Shown here in pieces: positions 27,753 through 37,222 of a stretch of DNA of 64,000 nt (its first letter is position 1; the number at the start of each line of letters is the position of its first letter). A model generated the notes under the pieces. It was not told the DNA's origin and ran no database searches. It was given only the letters and a program-made list of their open reading frames with translations. Source of the DNA: a virus (lineage: Duplodnaviria; Caudoviricetes); the IMG/VR virus record IMGVR_UViG_3300021387_000661, positions 224,001 to 288,000 of that record; one strand, 5' to 3'. The translations under genes were made by a program, and so were the position numbers.

Positions 27753-27904
27753 GCCGGAGTAGCTTTAATGGTAGAGCATCTGACTTCTACAGAGTGGTTT
27801 CTGAAATAAACCTTGGGTAGAATGGGAGAATGATTATACAAACGTCCGAAGCGTTATCTACTCACGTAATCAGAGGGTTGTCGGTCCGAATCCGGCCTCC
27901 GGCT
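27753..27904 (+). tRNA. tRNA-Thr(TGT; CGT possible) interrupted by 79-nt insert (27787-27865)
   Basis: Removing the insert gives TCTGA ctTGTaa TCAGA. Confidence 0.82.
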
Positions 27905-27955
27905 CTTAATTGGATAGAAATCTTGTTAATTTCTGTCTTTTTTTTTATAACTATT

Positions 27956-28888
27956 ATGAAGTTTTTTAAAATATTTATTATTACAGTTTGTTTATTGTTT
28001 GGTGGTTTGGTTAAAACATATTCTCAAAATATTGAAACCATATCATCAACAGATGAGATTGTTGTAAACACAAGTAATTCCATCACAAATAAAAATTATG
28101 AAAGGTATGCTGATGAGATTGTTCCTATAATCAAAGATAATTCAAATAACATCTTACTGATTGGTCCTGTATCATCAGAGGGAAATAATAAAGTAAGTAT
28201 AAGAGATACTATCAAAATCAAAGATGTCATAGAAAAGATAGACATTGTATATACTAACAAGTCAATTGAAAAATCTTGTAACAAATTAGTATTCTCTCCA
28301 TATAACAACCTTATGACTGATCTCATCAAGACACCTGGAATTGGTCTTGAATTTTATTTTCATCAGATGAGTTTCTTTGTTGAGGGAAATTTTGCAAATA
28401 CGACATTAGCAGGAAAGAAATTCACATATGACCTCTGTCATACTGGATTCAGAAAATATTTCAATGATGATTATGATAAGATATTCATAGAAATATATGG
28501 AAGAACTGGATATTTTGATATGGATATTTTTGGTGAAAAACCTGGTAGGTTTGGTGTTCCTTTTGGTATAGGTCTTGGACTTGGTTGGAAATTCAGTCTT
28601 TGCTCACATATTAAATTATATCCTTTGGTAAGATTTGGATATGACCATATTAAGTTTATAGATTATTACTATACAGAAACTGGTGTTGGAAATATTGGTG
28701 TGACATTCAATCAATATACAGATTATAAAGACAATACTCCTGAAAATACAAATAGTTCTGTTGTTGAATACAGTCCAGAGAATAGATTTATAAACAGAGA
28801 ATTTTTTGAAAAGGCAAAAACACTCCATTGGTTCGGACCATCTTATGTTGGTTTAGTTATTCAATTGGATTTACATAATAAGAAATAA
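27956..28888 (+). CDS. Secreted outer-membrane beta-barrel protein (DUF3575-like)
   Basis: Signal peptide; NLMTDL..TPGIGLEF; GFRKYF; C-terminal HWFGPSYVGLVI. Confidence 0.6.
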   Translation: MKFFKIFIITVCLLFGGLVKTYSQNIETISSTDEIVVNTSNSITNKNYERYADEIVPIIKDNSNNILLIGPVSSEGNNKVSIRDTIKIKDVIEKIDIVYTNKSIEKSCNKLVFSPYNNLMTDLIKTPGIGLEFYFHQMSFFVEGNFANTTLAGKKFTYDLCHTGFRKYFNDDYDKIFIEIYGRTGYFDMDIFGEKPGRFGVPFGIGLGLGWKFSLCSHIKLYPLVRFGYDHIKFIDYYYTETGVGNIGVTFNQYTDYKDNTPENTNSSVVEYSPENRFINREFFEKAKTLHWFGPSYVGLVIQLDLHNKK

Positions 28889-28911
28889 TATAAATTTAAA
28901 AAGAAAAAGTT

Positions 28912-30492
28912 ATGAAAACATTAAAAAGATTTTTTATGATTATTGTTTCAGTTTTACTTCTCTTTGTGAGTTGTGCAAAGGTAGAAAATCCTTACAATAA
29001 TCAAGTCCCTGTAAATAGCAAGGGTGAATATGCTATTACATTTACAAAGATTCCTACTACAAAGGCAAGTGTTACTGCTTGGTCAACATTTGGTGGTTAT
29101 GACAAGTTCCAGCTCTTCACTTGGAATACAGATGAGGCAATTATGAATCCTTTCAAGGTTGAGGGAGAAGGTAGTGAATATAAGTATGAGGGTGTAGGCA
29201 CTCAGGCACTTCAATATTTCAAGAAGCAGTATGATGCTTACAATTTCATTGGTATTATTCCTGAAGATGCATCTGCTACATTGACAGATACAACTGTTAC
29301 TGTTACTGGTGTTGAGTCATTTGTAGTTGATGACAAGAGAGTTGAAACTGACATTGTTGCTGATTCTCCAAAGGAATTTCTTTATGCACAGACTACTGTA
29401 GCAAAAGCAGATTATGGTAATAATGTAACTCTTCCTTTCAAGCATGGTAATGCTCTTTTGAAGTTGAGTTTCAAGTCTGACAAGAGTGATACAGAACTTT
29501 TAGATTATACTCCTTACGATCCAGGCACTCCTGGAACTCCTGGAACTCCTGCATGGGATGAAGATGTTGTTACATATACTTATAGTGTAACTGGCAAACC
29601 TTTTGCTGCACAGGGTCCTGTATTTGCAACATCAGCAATTACTCAAGAAGACATTGATTATGTTAATTCTAAATATTCAACAACAGGTACATGGGCAACA
29701 TATTATAGTTCAAGTGTTGCTGTTAATGGTCCACTTAATGAGGATATGTGGAGTTATCTAACAAGTAAATATTCAACACTCGCATCTGAAGATTTAAAGC
29801 AGTGGGCATCTCAGGTAACAAACTCTAATATGAAACTTGTTCATATGGAAGTTATTTCTGGTAGTGGTGATAGTACCCTTGATGGTTGTATTAGAGGATG
29901 GTTTGTTAATATTGTGAATATGTCTAATAATCCACAGGAAGTTCATACAACAGTTCATCATGATGCAATCCCTGGTACACCTGGAACTCCTGCAACTGGA
30001 CTTGCTGGTATCAGAGTATTTTCAGCTGATTCAACTTCTACAGGATTTGTACATATTGCACACACACTTAATACAAAGGCTGTTGTAACTCCTGTTACAT
30101 TTACTTGGGAAGACAGAGCTACTGCAACTGATTCTATTCAGTTCTCACTTCCTGCAACAACAGTACTCGCATCAGAACAGTGGTCACCTACTACATTCTA
30201 TGCAATCCCTGGTGATACTAATTTGAATTACTTTGTTGTTAAGTTCAGTTACAAGTATAATGGCACAACAGTATATGATGTGAGAGTACCTCTTAAACTC
30301 CCTGTAGGTGGTCTTGTTGCTGGTAAGTACTATCATTATATCATCAATATCACTTCAACAGGTAATGGTACAAATGACCCAACTGAAGCAGAAGGTGATA
30401 AGGATGTGATTGACATTGTAGACAATCCTATTGTTGTTACTGTAAGTACAACAGATTACACAGAAGGTACTACTACAACAGTTACCATCTAA
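28912..30492 (+). CDS. Fimbrillin / type V pilin-like lipoprotein
   Basis: Lipobox FVSC, TKA processing-like site, LPFKHGNALLKL, L.AGKYYHYII.I, terminal beta strand. Confidence 0.7.
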   Translation: MKTLKRFFMIIVSVLLLFVSCAKVENPYNNQVPVNSKGEYAITFTKIPTTKASVTAWSTFGGYDKFQLFTWNTDEAIMNPFKVEGEGSEYKYEGVGTQALQYFKKQYDAYNFIGIIPEDASATLTDTTVTVTGVESFVVDDKRVETDIVADSPKEFLYAQTTVAKADYGNNVTLPFKHGNALLKLSFKSDKSDTELLDYTPYDPGTPGTPGTPAWDEDVVTYTYSVTGKPFAAQGPVFATSAITQEDIDYVNSKYSTTGTWATYYSSSVAVNGPLNEDMWSYLTSKYSTLASEDLKQWASQVTNSNMKLVHMEVISGSGDSTLDGCIRGWFVNIVNMSNNPQEVHTTVHHDAIPGTPGTPATGLAGIRVFSADSTSTGFVHIAHTLNTKAVVTPVTFTWEDRATATDSIQFSLPATTVLASEQWSPTTFYAIPGDTNLNYFVVKFSYKYNGTTVYDVRVPLKLPVGGLVAGKYYHYIINITSTGNGTNDPTEAEGDKDVIDIVDNPIVVTVSTTDYTEGTTTTVTI

Positions 30493-30622
30493 TAATTACT
30501 CAAATATGAGCAAACTATGAGGGGGTTGGTTACCCCCTCATTTTTATTGTCATAAATATTTTATCAAAAAGAATTTAAAAACTTTTTGTTATATTTAATT
30601 TATACAAAATAAAAGTTTTATT

Positions 30623-30958
30623 ATGACTGATCTCAATAAAAAAAATCTAAAAAATTTTGGTAAAGCTTTAGCTGTTGCTCTTCCTGTTTTTATTGCAATT
30701 ATTGCCTTTATGGGAATTCTTAATGGTGTGATTGTTAATAAGTTGGATTCTTTCTATGGTTGGATTGGTGGTATAAACTTTGTTATTGAAATTTTCTTGC
30801 TTTATAGATTGTATAAAAGTCTATTCAAGAAAGAAGATAAGGAAGTTAAACCTAATACCCCAGTTGTAAATCATCCAGTTGTGGTGAATCCAATAGAAGA
30901 ACCAATTGTATATGGTGATGATACTGAAGGTGATGAATATGACATATATAATTATTAA
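30623..30958 (+). CDS. Small membrane protein (2 TM)
   Basis: Two hydrophobic segments. Confidence 0.6.
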   Translation: MTDLNKKNLKNFGKALAVALPVFIAIIAFMGILNGVIVNKLDSFYGWIGGINFVIEIFLLYRLYKSLFKKEDKEVKPNTPVVNHPVVVNPIEEPIVYGDDTEGDEYDIYNY

Positions 30959-31022
30959 GCATTGACACTACTTAAAGAGATGATATCTTGGTTGACCACA
31001 TTACCATAAATGTGGTATATCT

Positions 31023-31109
31023 GGAGGGTTGCCGGAGAGGCTGAACGGGACTGCCTGCTAAGCAGTTGAGCCCTTATGGGTTCCAGAGGTTCGAATCCTC
31101 TACCCTCCG
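31023..31109 (+). tRNA. tRNA-Ser(GCT)
   Basis: ACTGC ctGCTaa GCAGT; long variable arm; G73. Confidence 0.92.
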
Positions 31110-31215
31110 CAAAATATACAATGTCTTTGGTCCAGAGGATTCCGGAACCTTTTGAGTGTTAGTAAAAGACACAAATGGATTGGAGACAGTTAAATACAAA
31201 ATAATTTAATAAAGT

Positions 31216-32025
31216 ATGTCTAACTATTTAACTACAGAGGTATTAGCTAAAATTGCTATTGCCAAAAATCTAATCAAGGAATACAAAAGTTCTGAATCTG
31301 ATAGAACTGTGTACCTCAATGATGGTACTGAATTCCAAATCTATCTCAAAAATCCATATCAAAATCATCTTGGTATTAAAATCTATGTCAACAACCAAGC
31401 AATTGGAGGTAATATGCTTGTATTAAGACCTGGACAAAGTTTCTGGCTTGACAGATTCTTGAATGATAATAAAAAATTCCTGTTCTCAACATATGATGTA
31501 GAGAATACTCAAGAAATGAGATATGCAATCAACAATAATGGAAAGGTCAAAATTGAATTCTACCATGAAAAAGAGGAGACTCCATATTTTACAACAGCAC
31601 CATTAAAAACAAATTTTGATTGGACAAATTACAATATTACTTGCAGTTCTGCAATATCATCCAATGTTCCAGCAAGTACTTTTTATTGCTCAACTGGTGA
31701 TATTGGTAATGTATCTGCAAGTGCTGCAACACATTCAAAATTAAGATCCACATCATATGTCACATCTGCAAGTACAACAAAGACAGATGATTTATCATTT
31801 GAAACTGGTAGAGTTGAAAAGGGTGGAGTATCAAGACAGGAATTTGAATATTGTGATATCAATTTTGATTATTATCCATTCAAGACTGAAAATATTTTGA
31901 TTCTTCCTGTATCACGAAAACAAATTCGTGCTGAAGAAACAAGAAGGAGATATTGTAGTCAGTGTGGTAAGAAAGTAAATCCAAAAGACAAATTCTGTTC
32001 TAATTGTGGTGCAAAGTTAAACTAA
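31216..32025 (+). CDS. Zinc-ribbon domain protein
   Basis: C-terminal YCSQCG...KFCSNCGAKL. Confidence 0.75.
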   Translation: MSNYLTTEVLAKIAIAKNLIKEYKSSESDRTVYLNDGTEFQIYLKNPYQNHLGIKIYVNNQAIGGNMLVLRPGQSFWLDRFLNDNKKFLFSTYDVENTQEMRYAINNNGKVKIEFYHEKEETPYFTTAPLKTNFDWTNYNITCSSAISSNVPASTFYCSTGDIGNVSASAATHSKLRSTSYVTSASTTKTDDLSFETGRVEKGGVSRQEFEYCDINFDYYPFKTENILILPVSRKQIRAEETRRRYCSQCGKKVNPKDKFCSNCGAKLN

Positions 32026-32388
32026 CCATTAAAAATAATAAATTATGTCTATTTTAATTATCATTGTGATTATTGTACTTTTGATTGGTGGTGCATTTGT
32101 AACATATAAAACAGCAGAAGTACATGAACTACACAAAATGAGAGCAACCTTTTCTGACATTAAAAGACACATAGAAATGGTCAAGTCAGAATATGAAAAA
32201 GGTAAGGATCAAGATGATTACACTGATGGTAAGTATGCTGGGGAACTTGAGGAGATTGATGAAGCCATTAATCTAATCAATGATGAACTTGATGAATTGA
32301 AGAGCTTTGATTTTGGGAACTCTGATTAAAATTGTGGGAGATTTTCTCCCACAATTTTTTATAAATACTTATATAGAAATGATTATAT

Positions 32389-32793
32389 ATGAAAAAATTA
32401 AGTTCAATATTTGAAGCATACAATAATATAGATATAAAATTTGGAGAGGAGATACAAATTGAAGACAAAGAAGCAGTTATGTTACCTGTTATTGTAAATG
32501 GTGTAGAGATGTCAACAGATGATATAAAATTCTCTATAACACCTGAATATCTTGACAATAAGGTTTGTTATAGACCTGACATATTCATTAAAGAAGAATT
32601 AAGAGGTAAAGGTATTGGATATAATATATACAAGGCATTCATACATGAATTTGGAAATGTAATCAGTCCAGATGCATTCAGGGAGAATGATGTTGAAATA
32701 CCAAAAATATATAATAGACTTGCAAAAGAACCAGATATTGTTGTTGAAAGAAAACCTGGTGGTTATTATGCATATTTGAAAGGTCAGAGATAA
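32389..32793 (+). CDS. GNAT-like protein
   Basis: EELRGKGIGY motif; TATAAATA upstream at 32360. Confidence 0.55.
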   Translation: MKKLSSIFEAYNNIDIKFGEEIQIEDKEAVMLPVIVNGVEMSTDDIKFSITPEYLDNKVCYRPDIFIKEELRGKGIGYNIYKAFIHEFGNVISPDAFRENDVEIPKIYNRLAKEPDIVVERKPGGYYAYLKGQR

Positions 32794-32844
32794 ATCTTTG
32801 ACCTTTTTTTGTTATATTTACTTATGGATTAAATTTATTTATAT

Positions 32845-33957
32845 ATGCAGATTATTGATAATGTACAACTTGATTTTTCAGATGTGTTAATCAAACCAAG
32901 AAGGTCAAGTATTGATTCAAGAAGTAAGGTAGATATTACCAGAGAGTATAAATTCAAATGGTGTCCTTATGTCATCAAGGGAACTGGTATTATGCAGGCC
33001 AATATGGGAACAATTGGAAACTTTGATGTGAGTAGAAGGATGTTGGACAATGGTTTATTCGCCTGTCTTCACAAGCATCACAAAGTAGAAGATCTCATAG
33101 AATTCTATAATGAACTTATTGATAAGGGTGATGATACCTGGAAGAGATGTCTTCTGTCTATTGGTCTCCGTGATAATGGTATTGAGAAGTTAAGAATGCT
33201 CAAAGAAAAACTTGGCATCCAGGTCGGTATCAAGTTTGATGTTCCTAATGGTTATATTCCCCAGGTAAAGGAAAGAGTCATTGAACTCAGGAAAGAGTTC
33301 CCAGAGATGTTCATTATGGTTGGTAATGTTGTCACTGGAGACATCACTGAAGACTTGATTCTATCAGGTGCAGACTGTGTTGCAATTGGAATTGGAAATG
33401 GGGCACAGTGCCTAACCAGGAGACAGACTGGATGTGGAAGACCACAATTCTCTGCCATTGTTGAATGTGCAGATGCTGCTCACCAGGTTGGAGGTATGGT
33501 TTGTTCTGATGGTGGGATAACCTGTCCTGGAGATTTGGGAAAGGCATTTGGTTCTGGTGCTGATTTTATTATGATTGGAAGTCTGTTTGCAGGTACTGAT
33601 GAGGCAGAAGGAGAAATCATCACAAAGCATATAATCACAAATGAATATGATATGATTCATGAGTGTCCTTGTCTTGAAAAAAAGAAGTTTAAACAGTTCT
33701 ATGGTATGAGTTCAACTCTGGCCCAGGAGAAGTTTGGAAATGGTAAACCCAGTTACCGTGCAAGTGAAGGTCGTGTTACTTTGATGCCTTATACTGGTCC
33801 AATCAATGATGTCATTGAAGAACTACTTGGTGGTTTGAGATCAACAATGACTTATATTGGAGCCTGGACACTGAAGAATATACCAAAACAATGTGTATTC
33901 TATAAGGTTAACCATCAGTTGAACCAGACATATGAAAGTAATACAATAGGTAAATAA
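32845..33957 (+). CDS. guaC: GMP reductase
   Basis: LDFSDVLIKP.RS, LHKH, GNVVTG, GIGNGAQCLTR, SDGG, FYGMSS, YRASEG. Confidence 0.93.
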   Translation: MQIIDNVQLDFSDVLIKPRRSSIDSRSKVDITREYKFKWCPYVIKGTGIMQANMGTIGNFDVSRRMLDNGLFACLHKHHKVEDLIEFYNELIDKGDDTWKRCLLSIGLRDNGIEKLRMLKEKLGIQVGIKFDVPNGYIPQVKERVIELRKEFPEMFIMVGNVVTGDITEDLILSGADCVAIGIGNGAQCLTRRQTGCGRPQFSAIVECADAAHQVGGMVCSDGGITCPGDLGKAFGSGADFIMIGSLFAGTDEAEGEIITKHIITNEYDMIHECPCLEKKKFKQFYGMSSTLAQEKFGNGKPSYRASEGRVTLMPYTGPINDVIEELLGGLRSTMTYIGAWTLKNIPKQCVFYKVNHQLNQTYESNTIGK

Positions 33958-33961
33958 AAAC

Positions 33962-33998
33962 AAAAAACCTGTCAGCTGGGAAACTGACAGGTTTTTTT
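33962..33998. terminator. Bidirectional intrinsic terminator
   Basis: AAAAAACCTGTCAG...CTGACAGGTTTTTTT. Confidence 0.85.
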
Positions 33999-35010
33999 GA
34001 CCACTTATTACATCGCTGCGACTGAGGAACCTCGGTTGTCTGGAGCATCCCATCCCCCAATGGGACTCTGTACGAGGATTACATTACCTTTGGGAACAAG
34101 TCCTTTACAAGGTTTTACCCACCTGTTGGCAAGGCGCATCTCTCAAGATTTATGAATTATATTCTTGAATACAAGTCTCATAGGCAACCTGACATCAATT
34201 CTTCCCGGGGCCAGTTTCATTTACCCTATTACCTACTTGGTAAGTTCCTTTCCCTATTAAAAGGATGAAGTGGATTTCATATTAAATATAACAACTTTTT
34301 GTTATTTTTATATTAAAACATTCAATAATATATATTAAACTACAGCAATATCATTTTAAACAACATAAATAAAATATGGGTAAAATATTAGATTTCTTTA
34401 AAAAAATTAAATGTTCTCATAATACAGAACTTGATTTGCAGCAAAACAGACCTGTTGCACTGGGAGTTAATACCTCAGCATCCAAACAATATGAATGTGC
34501 CATAGGTAAATACAACTTCCCCATAAAAAATCTCCTGTTTAGTGTGGGTAATGGATATGATAATGACAATAGAAGAAATTCTGTGGCAGTAATAGCAGAT
34601 CACCCATCTCTTTATATCTGGGGTATTGGTGAATATGATGGACAGAATACAGAGAATGCATTTGATTTGCGAACAGTACTTTCAAATTTGTTCATTAATT
34701 ATATCCAATCATATGGACCATGCTCAAAGAGAGAATTGGCCAAGAAATTAAAAATACCTGAAAGTGGTATAGATTTGTTGCTAAATGGAGGTACCAGATC
34801 TATCAGATTCCAATATAATGGATATATTCTAACATTCCCATATGCTGGTGGAGCAGTAATTGGTGATGAGGTAGATTCATATGCTATCTATGAATTGACA
34901 CCAACAGCAGGTAGTGTCATGGATATTTCCTATTATGGAACATTTATGATTCATAAAAATGAAAATGAAATTTATGATTGTAAATTCATTATAGATACAT
35001 ATAACTATTA

Positions 35011-35658
35011 ATGAAAACTATTGCAATTATAACAATGGGTGGAGTTGGACAAAGATTTAATTCACCTACACCCAAACAATATATGGAAATAAAGGGTTTC
35101 CAGGTATGGGAATACCCTTTAAAAACATTTATGGATTCTTCCAGGGTTGATTTCATTGTATTGGTTGTCGATTATCCCCATATTGATTTTGTCAAAGATA
35201 AAATCAAATCATTTCAAAACATTTCAGTTATTGAAGGCGGGGATACTGCAAATGAAAGTAGACTTAATGCATTGATATATCTAAAAAGTATCAACACATC
35301 AGATGAGGATATTATAATCATCCATGATGCTGTCAGACCTTACTTGAACAATAAAATTATCAATGACTGTGTAGAAACCTGCAAACAATATGATGTTGCC
35401 ATACCCATAATTCCCATAAATGATTGTCTACTGGAAACTACAGAAAAGTTACATGCAGTTCAAACACCCCAGGCATTTAGATTTAAAGATATATATTCAT
35501 CCCATATTAATATTGACTTAAGTACAACACATCTTCGGGCACCCTATGAAATCTGGAAAGAATACACAAAAAAAGATTATAAAACATATAATGGAGATCC
35601 CAGATGTTTGAAAATAACAAACCCAGAAGATATAAATTTAATTAATGGATTATGGTAA
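35011..35658 (+). CDS. IspD/TarI-family cytidylyltransferase
   Basis: GGVGQRF..PKQY, GGDT..ES, IHDAVRP, QTPQAF, KIT.PED. Confidence 0.88.
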   Translation: MKTIAIITMGGVGQRFNSPTPKQYMEIKGFQVWEYPLKTFMDSSRVDFIVLVVDYPHIDFVKDKIKSFQNISVIEGGDTANESRLNALIYLKSINTSDEDIIIIHDAVRPYLNNKIINDCVETCKQYDVAIPIIPINDCLLETTEKLHAVQTPQAFRFKDIYSSHINIDLSTTHLRAPYEIWKEYTKKDYKTYNGDPRCLKITNPEDINLINGLW

Positions 35659-36575
35659 AACTCAATATAAAACTTCCAGAAAACTTTTTTGATGAGGAAT
35701 ATATTCAAAAATATAATTACACAGTAACCAAGTTTCAAAAAGAAATCTGGGCGGTGGAATTGGATATTGCAGAACAAATATCAAACATATGTAAAAAATA
35801 TAATCTTAAATTATATGCAGATGGAGGAACACAATTGGGATGTATCCGACACAACAACTCCTTTGTCCCCTGGGATGATGATATTGATTTTGCAATGCTC
35901 AGGAAAGACTATGATATATTCAAGGAAGTTGCCAAAAAAGAATTAAAATATCCATATTTCTATCAAGACAGTTCTGTAGATGATGTAAGATTTCACTCCA
36001 TAAAAATCAGAAGAAGTGATACAACTGCAATACATCGAAATGTGCTAAATAAAATAGATGCATCTGCAAATTATGGAATTTTTGTAGATATTTTCCCCCT
36101 TGATGTCGTACCTGAAAACCTTGATAGTAGAGGTGAATTTAAAAAAGTTCTACAAAATATAAATAAAAAATGTCAAAGTAAAGATCAAAATATTGATAAA
36201 AAAGAATGGGACAAATATTATAATTGTACCTGTATATCTTTTAATAAATCAAGTTCCACATCTTTGGCCAACTTATCATTCCCAAGAGACATATACATAT
36301 ATAAACAACTATATCAATATGAAGAGGCAACACCTATTAAATTTTGTGGATTAATTGATATATATCTTCCAAAAGATTCTGAAGAAACACTTGAGTCTCA
36401 ATATGGTAACTGGTTAAAACCTATAATAAATGGTTCCAAGCACAGAGGTACAATCTATAATACAAATATTTCATATAAAGAAATACTATTGCATAAAGAA
36501 CAATTGATTATAAACAACCCGTTACATTTAGTAACTATTGATGATTATGATAATAATTATGATAAATATTATTAA
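35652..36575 (+). CDS. LicD-family phosphotransferase
   Basis: GGTQLGCIRH..FVPWDDDIDFAM.R.DY; VDIFPLD. Confidence 0.9.
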   Translation: MVKLNIKLPENFFDEEYIQKYNYTVTKFQKEIWAVELDIAEQISNICKKYNLKLYADGGTQLGCIRHNNSFVPWDDDIDFAMLRKDYDIFKEVAKKELKYPYFYQDSSVDDVRFHSIKIRRSDTTAIHRNVLNKIDASANYGIFVDIFPLDVVPENLDSRGEFKKVLQNINKKCQSKDQNIDKKEWDKYYNCTCISFNKSSSTSLANLSFPRDIYIYKQLYQYEEATPIKFCGLIDIYLPKDSEETLESQYGNWLKPIINGSKHRGTIYNTNISYKEILLHKEQLIINNPLHLVTIDDYDNNYDKYY

Positions 36576-36634
36576 AAAGTGACCTGAAAAACAGGTCACT
36601 TTTGTTATCTTTATATTGATAAAATTTTAGAAAT

Positions 36635-37222
36635 ATGAGCAGACCTAACAAATGTATTAAAGATGAGAATGGAAATGATGTATGGATTTCCAGAAGTACT
36701 GTTGTCATACCCATTGTGTTTAAGATGAATGAAGAGACTGGAGAAATATTTACCCTTGTGGAAAAGAGGGGACCAGCAGTATCACATCCTGGTGAATGGT
36801 GTTGCCCTTGTGGGTATATAGATTGGGATGAAACACTTGAAGAGGCATGCCAAAGAGAAGTGAGAGAAGAAACTGGTCTCACACTTGATATAAAAAATAT
36901 TATTTTCACTGATATTGATACTAATCCAAAATCAGCCAATCAATCTATTGACTTATGGTATATGTGCTGGGTAGAAGATGGTCAGGACTTTGATTTATCA
37001 AAAATAGAAACTACTGATGAAATTTTAGATGTAAAGTGGTTAAAGGTTGCCAAAGTATATTACAAAAGGGAACTGTTCTTCAAAAAAGTCTATATGAACA
37101 TCTTCAAGAAATCCATCTATAACAGTTATGGTACCTGGGCATTTAAGACTCATAAAAATAGAATCATAGAGATGCTGAAGATGACAGTTAAAGGAGGTAG
37201 AATAACTGAAGTAGATGAGTAA
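36635..37222 (+). CDS. NUDIX hydrolase
   Basis: [22 protein letters not shown]. Confidence 0.9.
   Translation: MSRPNKCIKDENGNDVWISRSTVVIPIVFKMNEETGEIFTLVEKRGPAVSHPGEWCCPCGYIDWDETLEEACQREVREETGLTLDIKNIIFTDIDTNPKSANQSIDLWYMCWVEDGQDFDLSKIETTDEILDVKWLKVAKVYYKRELFFKKVYMNIFKKSIYNSYGTWAFKTHKNRIIEMLKMTVKGGRITEVDE

Noticed and set aside
12164-27865. Short anticodon inserts as group I, group II or archaeal BHB introns
   Set aside because: Too short, no P/Q/R/S or domain V, end in C rather than G, and no bulge-helix-bulge evident.
11700-27950. ORF-track entries overlapping tRNAs or ncRNAs (e.g. 12114-12614, 17327-17683, 19397-19855, 19973-20404; 5' extensions of 22150 and 27830)
   Set aside because: Spurious frames across GC-richer RNA genes; real starts are 22281 and 27956.
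34010-34050. RNase P RNA (ATCGCTG..GAGGAA resembles its 5' end)
   Set aside because: GAGGAAAGTCC is not complete, no matching 3' P4 strand was found, and promoter context favours the other strand.
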